Of a stretch of DNA of 64,000 bases, positions 29,391 through 39,410 are shown one piece after another. A model generated the notes under the pieces. The model had not been told where the DNA came from. It made no database searches and saw only the letters and a program-made list of their open reading frames with translations. The DNA is taken from NCBI GenBank assembly GCA_964502925.1, contig CAZCYH010000015.1, forward strand, positions 6,002-70,001, in the 5' to 3' direction. This DNA comes from an uncultured Leptospira sp. Lineage in GTDB: Bacteria > Spirochaetota > UBA4802 > JAGODF01. The number at the start of each line of letters is the position of its first letter. Positions within the stretch are counted from its first letter, which is position 1. A program made the position numbers and the translations under genes.

Positions 29391-30496
29391 TTATGCTGTT
29401 CTTTCCGGAAATTCTTTTATGAGCGTGATTTCATTCCCCACATCGTTGTAACTTACTTTGAAGACGGATTTGACGATGGCAAGACCCACGCCGTGGTAAT
29501 TCTTCACAATATCGTTGCGGACAGTTGATGATTCATCAACAAGGAATTTTTTCCAGTCGAATCCCTTTCCTTCATCCCGGATGGTATACACTACCCGGTT
29601 GTTATCCATAAAGTATGAAACGTATATCTTCCTGCTGTTCAGATGCTCTTTATTGCACTCCCTGAGCAGGAGTTCCCAGTAATTTTTTTTTGCGCTTTCA
29701 ACTGCGTTTTCTTTTCATAGCTGATTTCAAGATTGCCGTGCTCAATGGCGTTCATGAACACTTCCTGCAAAGCTACCTGAGCCATAAGGATGGTGTTTTT
29801 CGGCAAACGATCCTCAAGATTTCGGGTGAGTCGATGACATAAAAGAAAAATAATCGATAAGTTATTATCGATGATATAGTTGCTCGATTCACTGGTCAGA
29901 TAATTTTTCGTGAGGCTGTCGGTATGAAGGGGGCCGCCTATCACGAGTATATGTGTTACCTCGTTTGCCTCCATTATCGGAATCATCCTGAAAGATATGG
30001 ATACCGGTTCATTGTCGCCGCTGCGTTTGCAGGAGCAGATGAATCGGGTTTCATTGCCTTCAAAGACTTCCTTCAGTTTTGTGAGAAATTTTTCTTGAAT
30101 ACGCCGATTGCTGAATTCGGGATGGATGAGGTTTCTAAATGGTTGTCCGATGAGTTCATTTCTTTGGTAGTACAATGTGCGGGTAAATGCCTTGTTGAAA
30201 GAGAGAATCTGCCCGTATTGATTGAGAATGATAATTATTTCATCATTGTTCTCATATGCGTATTGAAACCACCGATATTCTTCTGTGCTGATGTTTTGCT
30301 TCGTGCCAGGTTTACTGAAATCGTGTCGATGAAGTTTCAACATAAGAAGCAAGATCAGGCCTGAAATGATAATAAGAAACATGTATTGCCGCATACCGGC
30401 GTTTTCAATGAGGCCAAATCTGGATAAAACCGCGAAGAACGGCACAATCGAAATAATAAGCGCATACACTATGTAGCGGTGGGCGGTATATTTCAC
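29391..30496 (-). pseudogene. 2TM-PAS-HATPase_c (RsbW-like kinase) gene frameshifted at an A9 tract
   Basis: ORF 29639-30496 carries the TMs, PAS and N-box (QEVFMNAIEHGN). ORF 29391-29609 carries G1/G2 (DEGKGFDW, HGVGL). One extra A in the tract at 29683-29691 joins them (KAQKKNYWELLLRECNKEHLNSRKIYVSYFMDNNR). Could be slippage, pseudogenisation or a sequencing error. Confidence 0.8.
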
Positions 30497-32145
30497 GGGT
30501 CAATCTCCGATCCGGCAAAGGGACGTACGGTTATTTCCGATGAAAGTTCAGATTCATGGTTGAATGGAGTGTCAGGTTTATATGAATCGTACGCGCTTAC
30601 CGCAACATAATACAGAATGGTATTTTTGAGCGCTGGATAGTGAAGAACGGATTGGGGGTCGAGCTTTTTGTTTTCATTTATAACATCATTGGTTATTTCG
30701 ATTTCAATTATATTACCCTTAATATGCTCGGCCGAAGGGATTCTTTTCCCATTGACGTGTGAAATCACACCATCGTACTTCTTCGATTGGATTCCATAAT
30801 AAACTCTGTAGCCGCCTACATCGCTCTCAGGATTTTTATTCCAGCGGATTGTAAACCGTTTGTCTTTCACGGAAGAGATTCGAACCCCTGATGGCGGCCC
30901 GGGAGGAAGGTCGTTTTCGTATTTAACAGCGACATCATACAGGGAAGGAGCGCGTTTTCCGTCCGGAGAAGCTATCAGATGTGCCCGCCATTGGAGATAT
31001 TTGCCACGAAGGTAATCGCCTTCCTCGGTCTTTTTGTCATAGATCCCACGCTGGCCGCGCGAAATGCGATACCAACGCGGGGTTGCATCGTTTGGGCCGA
31101 AAAGATAATCCGAAATTCTCATTTCCATCCAGACGAAGGTGCCGGGCGGAAGCTTTTCCTCCCAATCAAAAGAGGTGATTTTTGTGCCTGAAAGGGGAAA
31201 GGTGTACACCGGGCTTGTTAGCACTCCTTCGCGATTTACCGGTACACGTCCTTTTTCGCTTACGGCTTTATAGCGCTGATAGGCAAGAGCAGTTTCTTTT
31301 TTCAGGTCGCTGTATTCTCTGTGTGCAATCCGGATTTCGTCGATGATGCCGAAAAAATCTTTGCCGATGACCACAAGCGGCAAATCTTCGCATCGAAATA
31401 ACGGCATATAGGCATCGATGTAAGGTTCTCTGGTTCGCGTGATATACGCGGTTTCTTCTTCATCGCCATTGAGGTAACGGCCGATTTTACCGGAGAGGCG
31501 ATCGTAGCTTATCATAAAATGATACCATCGGCTGGTTTTAAGGGTTGTGCCGCGTTCAAGATACACATCGACGGGATGTCCCCCGGCATTTCTGAATACT
31601 CCGTAAAACCTTGCGTGGATGCGACCATTGATGAGCAATATTTCAAATCCGTTTTTAATTCCAGAAAGATAGCCGATTCGTTTTATTAACGTCTGAGTGC
31701 CGGTGAGGGATGCCGGTTTGAAGCGGAATTCTATGGTAAAAGAACCCAGGTCACCACATTCGCTGAGCCAGAGCCCTGAAGCGGTTTCAAGCTCAACGCG
31801 ATCCGCTTTTCGGAAAAACCTTGCGCCTCCAGTGCCGAGGACACCGCTTCCTTTTTCCAGCAGGTACGAAGCGTGTCGTACCTTATAATGGTTCGTGTCG
31901 TCACGGACAAGCTCTTTTGACGGCTGGTTGAATGAAAGGACCAGATCGGTGATATGTGTTGCCGTGTCGGTAGCGTAGGTATTGTCCAGCAGAGAAAAAA
32001 CAGTTTTACCATGATGGTCCTTTGTAATTCTGACATTCATCAAATCGGCCCTTTTTTCAGAGAAACGCATGATGTCGCGCGGTGGAAGCGCGAGGGCCGT
32101 CAGTGCGAAAAGAAAAATCGGCAATATGTAGCGCAGAATTTTCAT
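30493..32145 (-). CDS. Exported LamG/ConA-like domain protein with FN3-like C-terminus
   Basis: Signal peptide; FTIEFRFKP, WYHFMISYD, FFGIIDEIRI; later WNKNPESDVGGYRVYYG and VAVSAYD. Confidence 0.75.
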   Translation of the reverse strand: MKILRYILPIFLFALTALALPPRDIMRFSEKRADLMNVRITKDHHGKTVFSLLDNTYATDTATHITDLVLSFNQPSKELVRDDTNHYKVRHASYLLEKGSGVLGTGGARFFRKADRVELETASGLWLSECGDLGSFTIEFRFKPASLTGTQTLIKRIGYLSGIKNGFEILLINGRIHARFYGVFRNAGGHPVDVYLERGTTLKTSRWYHFMISYDRLSGKIGRYLNGDEEETAYITRTREPYIDAYMPLFRCEDLPLVVIGKDFFGIIDEIRIAHREYSDLKKETALAYQRYKAVSEKGRVPVNREGVLTSPVYTFPLSGTKITSFDWEEKLPPGTFVWMEMRISDYLFGPNDATPRWYRISRGQRGIYDKKTEEGDYLRGKYLQWRAHLIASPDGKRAPSLYDVAVKYENDLPPGPPSGVRISSVKDKRFTIRWNKNPESDVGGYRVYYGIQSKKYDGVISHVNGKRIPSAEHIKGNIIEIEITNDVINENKKLDPQSVLHYPALKNTILYYVAVSAYDSYKPDTPFNHESELSSEITVRPFAGSEIDP

Positions 32146-32585
32146 TTTATAAATGACTTTTCAATCGCGGCAATTTTGTCCAATCTCCGCTGGTGCCGCC
32201 CCCCCTCGTATGGCGAGGAAAGCCAGGTCTGCACGATTCTGAGTGCTAAGTCTTCACCGATGACCCTCGCGCCAAGGACCAGAACATTTGAATCATTGTG
32301 GCGCCGCGACATTTCGGCCATAAAACAATTAGTGCACAACGCTGCTCGTATGCTGGGAAATTTATTTGCGGTGATTGAGGCGCCGATTCCGGTCCCACAG
32401 ATTGCGATACCTTTTTCTGAAGATCCGGAAATTACTTCCTGGGCGACACGTCCTATGTAATCGGGATAATCACAGGAATCTTCATTATGGGTGCCGACAT
32501 CAGTAAAATCGATGTCTTTGAAGGCGCTTTTGATGATTTCTTTCAGTTTTACACCCGCATGATCTGAACCGATTGCTATTTTCAT
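32142..32585 (-). CDS. rpiB: Ribose-5-phosphate isomerase B
   Basis: GSDHAG, DYPD, ICGTGIG, ANK, HNDSN, GGRHQRR. Confidence 0.97.
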   Translation of the reverse strand: MKIAIGSDHAGVKLKEIIKSAFKDIDFTDVGTHNEDSCDYPDYIGRVAQEVISGSSEKGIAICGTGIGASITANKFPSIRAALCTNCFMAEMSRRHNDSNVLVLGARVIGEDLALRIVQTWLSSPYEGGRHQRRLDKIAAIEKSFIK

Positions 32586-32862
32586 TATTACCTCGAAAAA
32601 ATATAGCTTTTTAAAAAAATTTTTTTATTTTTTCCCCCTCAGATGCGTATTAATAATGGGAGGATATTATTAATACAAAATTATTTGCTTGCATTAAAGG
32701 GGAATCTCATTCACCTTACAGATGCGATTGATAATCAGTGTACTCTCATTTCATGTATGAGCTTTTATTCATCTTTTGTCAATCTTTTCTTTGATAATAA
32801 ATTTGATTGTCAATTATATGTACTACTATATATTATATTACAGAGATATTAAATTAATGTGA

Positions 32863-33858
32863 TTGAAGAGAATGGAAAATGTAATAGAAGAAAAAACGCC
32901 AAAGGGCATTACTCTCAAAATAATGGCCGAAAAATCGAAGTTTCTGGCTTTCAGCCGTGAGGGTAAAACAATCTATTCCGACGAAAGCAAGACGAAATTG
33001 CTTCACGACATACCGGTGGTGGTATTCATCGGTGCTGATTTTATCATTCCCGCAACAGCATTGAAGGGCGATTACTCTCTTCATAAAGTTTTGAAAGGAA
33101 AAGCCCTTATTGCATTTCAATTACACGTAAAAGACCAGGAAAGATATCTTTTTCTTCCAGTTTTTAGCGAAGTGGACCTCATTCCGCTAAAAATAAAAAA
33201 AATGAATTCAGTAGCTGAACTGGTGAAAGCAATTCAGGGAGGAATGAAACCGAGCTGCATTATTGTTACGAAAACAATCACGCGCGGTGATGTGATTATC
33301 ATCAAAAATAGATTCAGTGCTGCATACATCGTACTGGTTGATGATCAGAAATCATCATTTGAAGCAGAATCACCCATCCATATTGAAACGAAAGAAATCC
33401 TCAGCGATCGCAGGGCAAGCGATATTGCGAAAGAAATAAATATAAACATGCTTTCGACTAATCCGGTTTTTTTGGCACGTCTTCATCTGAGGGAACTCAA
33501 TTTTGCGAAAGTAAGCCAGCTTTTGTTTGATTTCGAGCTTTCAAAAGAAGACACAGAATATATTTTATCGTTTCTTGCTACAATGATTAAAAGATCGGAA
33601 GAAAAAGAGGAACTATGTAAAAATATTGATAAAATCACGGTTTTGAAAAATTCGTTTCAGTTCTACCTGAACCTTTTAAATTTCAAGGGGGATGAAATAA
33701 AGAACATGATACATGAGTGTCGCAGCGCAACCGATATTGCAGCGTACAGAACACTTATTGCAAAAGTGAAGCCGTTGTATGAAGGAACTGAAACAGAATT
33801 TATCTTTACCGATTTTGAAAACCTGCTGTATGAACAAAACGAGAGGCTGCAATCGTGA
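32863..33858 (+). CDS. Hypothetical cytoplasmic protein (ATG alternative at 32872)
   Basis: 331-aa ORF filling the gap, divergent from rpiB; no recognisable motif. Confidence 0.65.
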   Translation: MKRMENVIEEKTPKGITLKIMAEKSKFLAFSREGKTIYSDESKTKLLHDIPVVVFIGADFIIPATALKGDYSLHKVLKGKALIAFQLHVKDQERYLFLPVFSEVDLIPLKIKKMNSVAELVKAIQGGMKPSCIIVTKTITRGDVIIIKNRFSAAYIVLVDDQKSSFEAESPIHIETKEILSDRRASDIAKEININMLSTNPVFLARLHLRELNFAKVSQLLFDFELSKEDTEYILSFLATMIKRSEEKEELCKNIDKITVLKNSFQFYLNLLNFKGDEIKNMIHECRSATDIAAYRTLIAKVKPLYEGTETEFIFTDFENLLYEQNERLQS

Positions 33859-33934
33859 TATCATTCGCATCGTACTGCTGAAAGTGTGCATACGGCGTGC
33901 GAATGCATTATTATAGCAAGGATATGATATACGA

Positions 33935-34963
33935 ATGCATTGTTACTATTATGCTATTTTTGGATGTGCCTTATCGCTGTGGCTGATTGTATCTGAACAA
34001 ATTTCCGCACAGCACACGACGCCGATAAGAGTGTTTTTCAGCAATTCCGAAAAGAAAAATGCTAACAACTCTCTTGAACGCGCGCTAATCGAACTCATCG
34101 ATTCTGCAGAAAAAACTTTTGATGGCGCATTCTTTGAGCTTTCTTCAGAAAAAATAGCTGACCGCCTCATAGCAATCTATGGGCGGGGAGTGAAGGTTCG
34201 CCTTGTCATTGAAGCGGACTCGAAATTCCGGCCTGCCGTACAGAGGCTTCTTGCGTCCGGAATCCCGATCGTCTTCGACGATTCTGAAGGTCTGATGCAT
34301 AATAAATTCGCAATTGTGGACGGTGAGGCGGTATGGACCGGCTCATACAACCCCGTCGCAGGAGGGGAACACAGCGACAATAACGCGGTGCTCATTTATT
34401 CACGGACGCTAGCAGAAAGGTTTAGCGCGGAATTTCGCGACATGTTTGAAAAACGGCTCTTCGGCCGCTCGCGAACGGGCATGCCGTTCGATAGATTAAT
34501 TGCAATTACTCCGGTCAATGTGCATGGGGTAGCTGTCAGGGCATTTTTTTCACCGCGGCACGGTATTGAATCGATTGTTGCTGAACTCATCCAGACCGCT
34601 TCATCAAATGTTCATTTTATGGCATTTTCCTTCACCAGCGATCGTATAGGCGAATCGCTAATCGATCGTGCTCGAAGAGGAGTTGCTGTACATGGCATTG
34701 TTGAGGAGCGCGGCGCATTTTCCGAATTTTCGGAATACATGAAATTCCGGGTTGAAGGAATCGATGTGCGCATTCGACGCGGAAGAGGCGTGATGCATCA
34801 TAAAGTGATTGTGATCGATAGCAGAATTGTCATTACCGGTTCATTTAATTTTTCCAGAGGAGCGGATTCGGTTAACGATGAAAATATTGTGATTATTGAA
34901 AGCGAAGAGCTTGCCCGCGCATACCTCGATGAGTTCACCCGTGTGAGGGAACGCTCAGGATAA
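33935..34963 (+). CDS. Exported phospholipase D-family protein (two HKD motifs)
   Basis: HNKFAIVD...TGSYN and HHKVIVID...TGSFN; signal-like N-terminus. Confidence 0.88.
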   Translation: MHCYYYAIFGCALSLWLIVSEQISAQHTTPIRVFFSNSEKKNANNSLERALIELIDSAEKTFDGAFFELSSEKIADRLIAIYGRGVKVRLVIEADSKFRPAVQRLLASGIPIVFDDSEGLMHNKFAIVDGEAVWTGSYNPVAGGEHSDNNAVLIYSRTLAERFSAEFRDMFEKRLFGRSRTGMPFDRLIAITPVNVHGVAVRAFFSPRHGIESIVAELIQTASSNVHFMAFSFTSDRIGESLIDRARRGVAVHGIVEERGAFSEFSEYMKFRVEGIDVRIRRGRGVMHHKVIVIDSRIVITGSFNFSRGADSVNDENIVIIESEELARAYLDEFTRVRERSG

Positions 34964-34977
34964 AGTCGTATCCTTAT

Positions 34978-35090
34978 GGGCACCTCTAAAAACCGCTTTC
35001 ATCCTTAAAATTAGCACCAAAGAAAGCGGTTTTTACCAATATATTGTGCCCACAAGGGAACATCCTTATACATGGTTTTTAGAAGTTCCC
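34978..35090. mobile_element. MITE/REP-like element, copy 1 (113 bp)
   Basis: Imperfect 17-bp terminal inverted repeats GGGCACCTCTAAAAACC (34978-34994) and GGTTTTTAGAAGTTCCC (35074-35090). Internal perfect 13-bp IR at 34988-35000 / 35022-35034. Related copy at 54069-54120. Confidence 0.7.
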
Positions 35091-35713
35091 TTATTGCGTT
35101 TTTTATATACCCGGTACAAAATCCAACCAGGAATCACAACGGCAAGGATAATAGCGACAGCGATGTTATAGTTTCGCAAAAGTTCCTCAACGCTTTTGCG
35201 CACTTCAGCCCAGTTATTGCCTAAACGATAACCAGCCTGAATCCAGATGCAGTTCCAGACAGCTGCGCTTGCAAGAGCGTATAAACACACTTTAAAAGGA
35301 CGCAGCATGGATGCACCGGCCACAAGTGAAATGACGGAACGGATGCCGGGAAGGAAGCGATTTGCAAGAACGACAAAATAGCCGAAACGGGAAAACCAGT
35401 GTTCGCCGTGAGAGATGCTTTTTGCCGGAAAGAAGCGAGAATCTTTTTCAAGGAAAAACTCCTTCCCCAAAAACCAGCCAAAGCCGTACAGGATGATAAA
35501 GCCGACGGTACTTCCGAGCGTCGTGATAAGATACACCAGGGTAAAATCAAGCTTGCCCTGGCCAACCAGAAAAGCACCAAGAGCGGTGATGGTGTCGCCG
35601 GGTATAGGCGGAAAAAGGTTTTCAACAACCGAGCTTAGAAAAAGAAACAGATAGAGCATCCCGGCAGGCGCGTTGAGCACCCTTTCTATGAGTGAATCAA
35701 TAAATCCGAACAT
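35066..35713 (-). CDS. DedA family membrane protein
   Basis: ENLFPPIPGD, ANRFLPGIRSVISLVAG; the last residues (GTSKNHV) are read from the repeat element. Confidence 0.92.
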   Translation of the reverse strand: MFGFIDSLIERVLNAPAGMLYLFLFLSSVVENLFPPIPGDTITALGAFLVGQGKLDFTLVYLITTLGSTVGFIILYGFGWFLGKEFFLEKDSRFFPAKSISHGEHWFSRFGYFVVLANRFLPGIRSVISLVAGASMLRPFKVCLYALASAAVWNCIWIQAGYRLGNNWAEVRKSVEELLRNYNIAVAIILAVVIPGWILYRVYKKRNKGTSKNHV

Positions 35714-35821
35714 GTTTTATGCAAAAAAGAGTTGAAATTTAGTGCGTGTGTATATATCAATAATATTATCCGTGATGACAAGAAAAAAACGATAAGAAGA
35801 AATATTTCGAGCGAGGTGCAA

Positions 35822-36358
35822 ATGAAAAAAGCAGTAATAGTGTTTTCAGCAATCATTTTTGCTGCAATGCTTCATGCCTGCAGGACCACAGAAAGCGTTG
35901 GTCGGTCCAAATCCGAGCATGAAAAATTCATTGAAGCGGAAAAGGGCCAGGGAGAACTCTTCCGTGTCCTGTATATGTCCGATACCTATAAAGTGAAACA
36001 GATGTGGGCGGAAGGCTCGATTGTGAGGAATCAGGATCCCGGCGGCGATTCGTACATGTGCAATGAACTGAAAAAACACGATAAATTCGAAGAGGTAAAG
36101 GAATCCGTCATTTCAGTATGGCTCTACCCTGACAGCGGCGCGTTGATGAAAATTCGCCCGAAAGAGCCCACATTTCTTTTTGAAATCGATAAGCTGATAC
36201 TGGAAGACATTCAAAGATGGACGTTCAAATTCCCACGGAAAACCGTCGTCCCTTCAAAATTTGATGTGCGCTACCGGGTTGTTATCCGGAAAACCCTTTC
36301 CGACCAGGAGATTTTAAAAGACCTTCAGGAAAGCCTTAAAGAAAAGAGCCAGTATTGA
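35822..36358 (+). CDS. Putative lipoprotein (resembles Leptospira surface lipoproteins, from recall)
   Basis: GAGGT RBS; signal MKKAVIVFSAIIFAAMLHA-C; ORF track starts at 35732. Confidence 0.72.
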   Translation: MKKAVIVFSAIIFAAMLHACRTTESVGRSKSEHEKFIEAEKGQGELFRVLYMSDTYKVKQMWAEGSIVRNQDPGGDSYMCNELKKHDKFEEVKESVISVWLYPDSGALMKIRPKEPTFLFEIDKLILEDIQRWTFKFPRKTVVPSKFDVRYRVVIRKTLSDQEILKDLQESLKEKSQY

Positions 36359-36396
36359 ATTACTCATATTGCACATGATCATCAAAGTAAAGCATA

Positions 36397-38625
36397 TTAC
36401 AGCGACGTCGTGTTGATAATAAACCTCACTGAGTTTTCATCCAATAAAAGTTTTTTTGAAATTTCAGTTGGCGTCCAGCCTTTGGTGGAAAGCTCTCGAA
36501 CAACTTTTATAGTTCCTTCGTTGACATGCTTACCAAGAGGTATTTCGCCTTTCACCTGGCGTGAAATCGGGTTGTTTGTCTCAACCGCTTTGAGGAAATC
36601 TGCAAGCTGCCTGATCTTTCTGTCGGTTTCATCGTACATGCCTTTCAGGCGGCTGTCGGTCTGGTCGACTTCCTTGCGCATCGATTCAAGTTTCTGGAAC
36701 ATCGCGTGAATCTGGTCGATTTTGCGCTCAATGTGCTCTGATAGTCCTTCGAGTTCGCCGAATTTATCCTTAACTTCGGTGATTTCCTGTTCACGTGTTT
36801 TGAGGGAAAGCATTTTCTCTTCGATTGATTGAAGATAGGAGGTAAGCTTTTCGTTCTTTTTCTCCGAGCGCTCCAGGACTTTCTGGAATGACTTTACCCT
36901 TGTTTCAATGGAATTGATAATCATCTCGGTCCGTGTGACCGATTCGAGATTTTTAACAATGCTGTCTTCATATTCATGGAGTTCGTGAATCCGCGCATCC
37001 AGATCTCTGTAGCTTTCTGAAAGCGCATCGATGCGGGTATTCACCTGGTCAACGCGGGATATTTTATCTTCCAGCGCATCGATTTTCCCGAGTACGGTGT
37101 CGGTGAGACCCATAATACCCTGGATTTCGGATTCGAATTCGCGCACCTTCTCCCGTCGGGTTTCGAAAAACTTGATTTCTTTTTCGACTGCTTTCCTGAT
37201 ATCTTTGAATTTCTGAACATCTTCCATGAATTTTTCCATTGCTTTTGACTCGTCTTTCGCCTGTTTCATTATTTCGTTGAAACCCTGAAGCGTTGTTTCA
37301 ACGCGGCGTATCATCTCGTCGGTGCGCGTAAAAATGCTCTGGCTTTCCTCGTAGCGCACAATTTCGGCACGAATACTGGCAAGGCGCTCCTCCATCGCGG
37401 TGAACTCCATCTTCGCGCGTTCCATTTTATTTTCCATGGAGCTGGCGAATTGGCTTTCAAAATGTGTGAGGTTCTCTTTTATTTGTTCATATTTTTCCCC
37501 GAACTCATCAATTCTTGCCATTATTTCTTCGGCCTCTCTGCGGGCTGCTTTTACTATATCATCTTTCTTTGATATTGCATGTATGCTGAGGTTGTCGATT
37601 TCCGTACGAACTTTATTGACTTCTTCTTCAAAGGAGCTGATGAGTTTTGATTTTGACTGGTCGATGTTATCCTCAACGCCCTTGAGCTTGGCATAGACTC
37701 GTGCGATTTCCGAGTCTAACTTTTCCATAAACGACTCTTTGATGGAATTAAAATCATCGATGGTGCCGGCAATATTGGATTTGATTTCATCGGATTTGGA
37801 TTTAATTTCGGCAAAAACGGTGTTTTCAAGATCTGAAACGGTTTCCTCAAGCGATTCGATCTGACGGTTTACGCCAGACATTTTCTTTTCTGCAAATTCG
37901 ACTCTGTTTTCGACCGAAGTGGCGGTTTTATTCAATGTGTCCACCTTCAGCCTCATATTGTCCAGAAGGGCGCTGCCGGATTCATTTACGCGGCTTTCAA
38001 GCTCGGTTAAAAGTTCCGAGAATTGTGTCGCCATTTTTTCAACTTTTTCCTGGGTAGCATTGATGAGCTTTTCTTCTTTATCTTTTACGCTGTCTTTGAT
38101 GCGGTTGATCTGAAGGGATATTTCTTCTGAAAGTTCACGGGAGCGTTCGCGTATTTTATCGCTGAAGGCGGCCGAGAGGGAAGCGGTTTCCCGTTCAATT
38201 CTCGTGAGGTTTTCAGTAAGAAATGAAACTCTTTTAGTGAAATCTTCAAAATCCGCTCTGGCGGATGATATAAATTCAATTTGTTTATTAACATCACGCG
38301 CGGCTGCGGATATAACCTTGAGGTCTTCCTCGACTTTGCCCAAATTCGCTTTTTCGACATGGAGACCTTTGAGTTTCTGTTCAATTTCCTGAATGGAATC
38401 TTTTAATCCGGAGCTTAAGGAGGTTCCTTTTTTAATGAGAATATCCATCTCAATTGTCGCATCACGGTAGCGGCGCTGTTCTTTTTCCGCGAGCTTCTGA
38501 AAATCATTTGCGGCTTTGTCGGCGTATCTTTTAAGTTTGTTCATGCGTAGATTTGAGCGGTCCAATCTCCTGAAAATGAGCATAAGGGCTATGCAGGATA
38601 TGAACGTGATGATATTCAAAGCCAT
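36397..38625 (-). CDS. SpiroCoCo-type long coiled-coil protein
   Basis: N-terminal anchor with RRLDRSNLRMNKLKRYAD, about 650 aa of heptads, and a C-terminal HTH-like segment (KGWTPTEISKKLLLDENSVRFII). Confidence 0.78.
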   Translation of the reverse strand: MALNIITFISCIALMLIFRRLDRSNLRMNKLKRYADKAANDFQKLAEKEQRRYRDATIEMDILIKKGTSLSSGLKDSIQEIEQKLKGLHVEKANLGKVEEDLKVISAAARDVNKQIEFISSARADFEDFTKRVSFLTENLTRIERETASLSAAFSDKIRERSRELSEEISLQINRIKDSVKDKEEKLINATQEKVEKMATQFSELLTELESRVNESGSALLDNMRLKVDTLNKTATSVENRVEFAEKKMSGVNRQIESLEETVSDLENTVFAEIKSKSDEIKSNIAGTIDDFNSIKESFMEKLDSEIARVYAKLKGVEDNIDQSKSKLISSFEEEVNKVRTEIDNLSIHAISKKDDIVKAARREAEEIMARIDEFGEKYEQIKENLTHFESQFASSMENKMERAKMEFTAMEERLASIRAEIVRYEESQSIFTRTDEMIRRVETTLQGFNEIMKQAKDESKAMEKFMEDVQKFKDIRKAVEKEIKFFETRREKVREFESEIQGIMGLTDTVLGKIDALEDKISRVDQVNTRIDALSESYRDLDARIHELHEYEDSIVKNLESVTRTEMIINSIETRVKSFQKVLERSEKKNEKLTSYLQSIEEKMLSLKTREQEITEVKDKFGELEGLSEHIERKIDQIHAMFQKLESMRKEVDQTDSRLKGMYDETDRKIRQLADFLKAVETNNPISRQVKGEIPLGKHVNEGTIKVVRELSTKGWTPTEISKKLLLDENSVRFIINTTSL

Positions 38626-38784
38626 GCTGGTGCTCCGAAATTAGATTAAACGGCTATGATAAATGGCGAATAGCAGCGAAATAAACAATATATTACAAAA
38701 TAACATTGCTATAATATATAGTAATAATTGTCAACAATTTTTATGTCGCATTAAATTATGTCTCTAAAAATATTTTCATAAAAT

Positions 38785-39405
38785 ATGCTTGAATTTTGCA
38801 GGTATTCAATGTTTGGATCTGGCAATTCGCGTGTGGAGCATGTAGCAATGATGCATATGAGGCATTTTTATTATGTTTTAATTATAACCGTTTTGTTGTT
38901 TGCCTGCATTTTGAACGAAGAACTCAGCGCGACAATGCTGTACACGACAGTTGGAAGCGGCTTTTCGCACAGAGGCGCGAATGGGGCTGATATACCTTTT
39001 CAAAATGGATTTCTTTCACCCGTGATTGAAGTTGGCGCGCGCATCGGGAGAGACGAGTTCGCGGGTTTTTATGTGCGGTTCCTCCTTGATCCTGAAAATA
39101 CTTCTCATGTTTCTTCGTATTATTTAACAGGGAAATGGAATTATTTCTATTTTGCCGATGTGCTGTATGTCGGGATGAGCGGCGGTATGCATATAGAGAG
39201 CGGTTTCAATCAAGAAAATGATAATGTTAGCACCGTTTCATCGGAAGAAGCGCAGTTTTTATTCACAGCGGCCCTGCATGCCGGGGTTTCTTTGGAAATA
39301 ATGAGGTATCATTATCTTGTTTTCGAAGGGTTTGCCACGTTTTCCATAGGTGGAAGCATGCAAGGGTCGGTGAATTGCACAATCGGCATAATGAGTATGT
39401 TTTAA
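38785..39405 (+). CDS. Hypothetical exported protein, possible small beta-barrel (start probably about 38848)
   Basis: Signal-like hydrophobic segment, alternating beta-strand patterns, C-terminal Phe. Confidence 0.55.
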   Translation: MLEFCRYSMFGSGNSRVEHVAMMHMRHFYYVLIITVLLFACILNEELSATMLYTTVGSGFSHRGANGADIPFQNGFLSPVIEVGARIGRDEFAGFYVRFLLDPENTSHVSSYYLTGKWNYFYFADVLYVGMSGGMHIESGFNQENDNVSTVSSEEAQFLFTAALHAGVSLEIMRYHYLVFEGFATFSIGGSMQGSVNCTIGIMSMF

Positions 39406-39410
39406 AGTTT

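Noticed and set aside
38626-39410. tmRNA next to smpB
   Set aside because: No tRNA-like GGGG...CCA ends or tag frame seen; the space is occupied by an ORF and AT-rich DNA.
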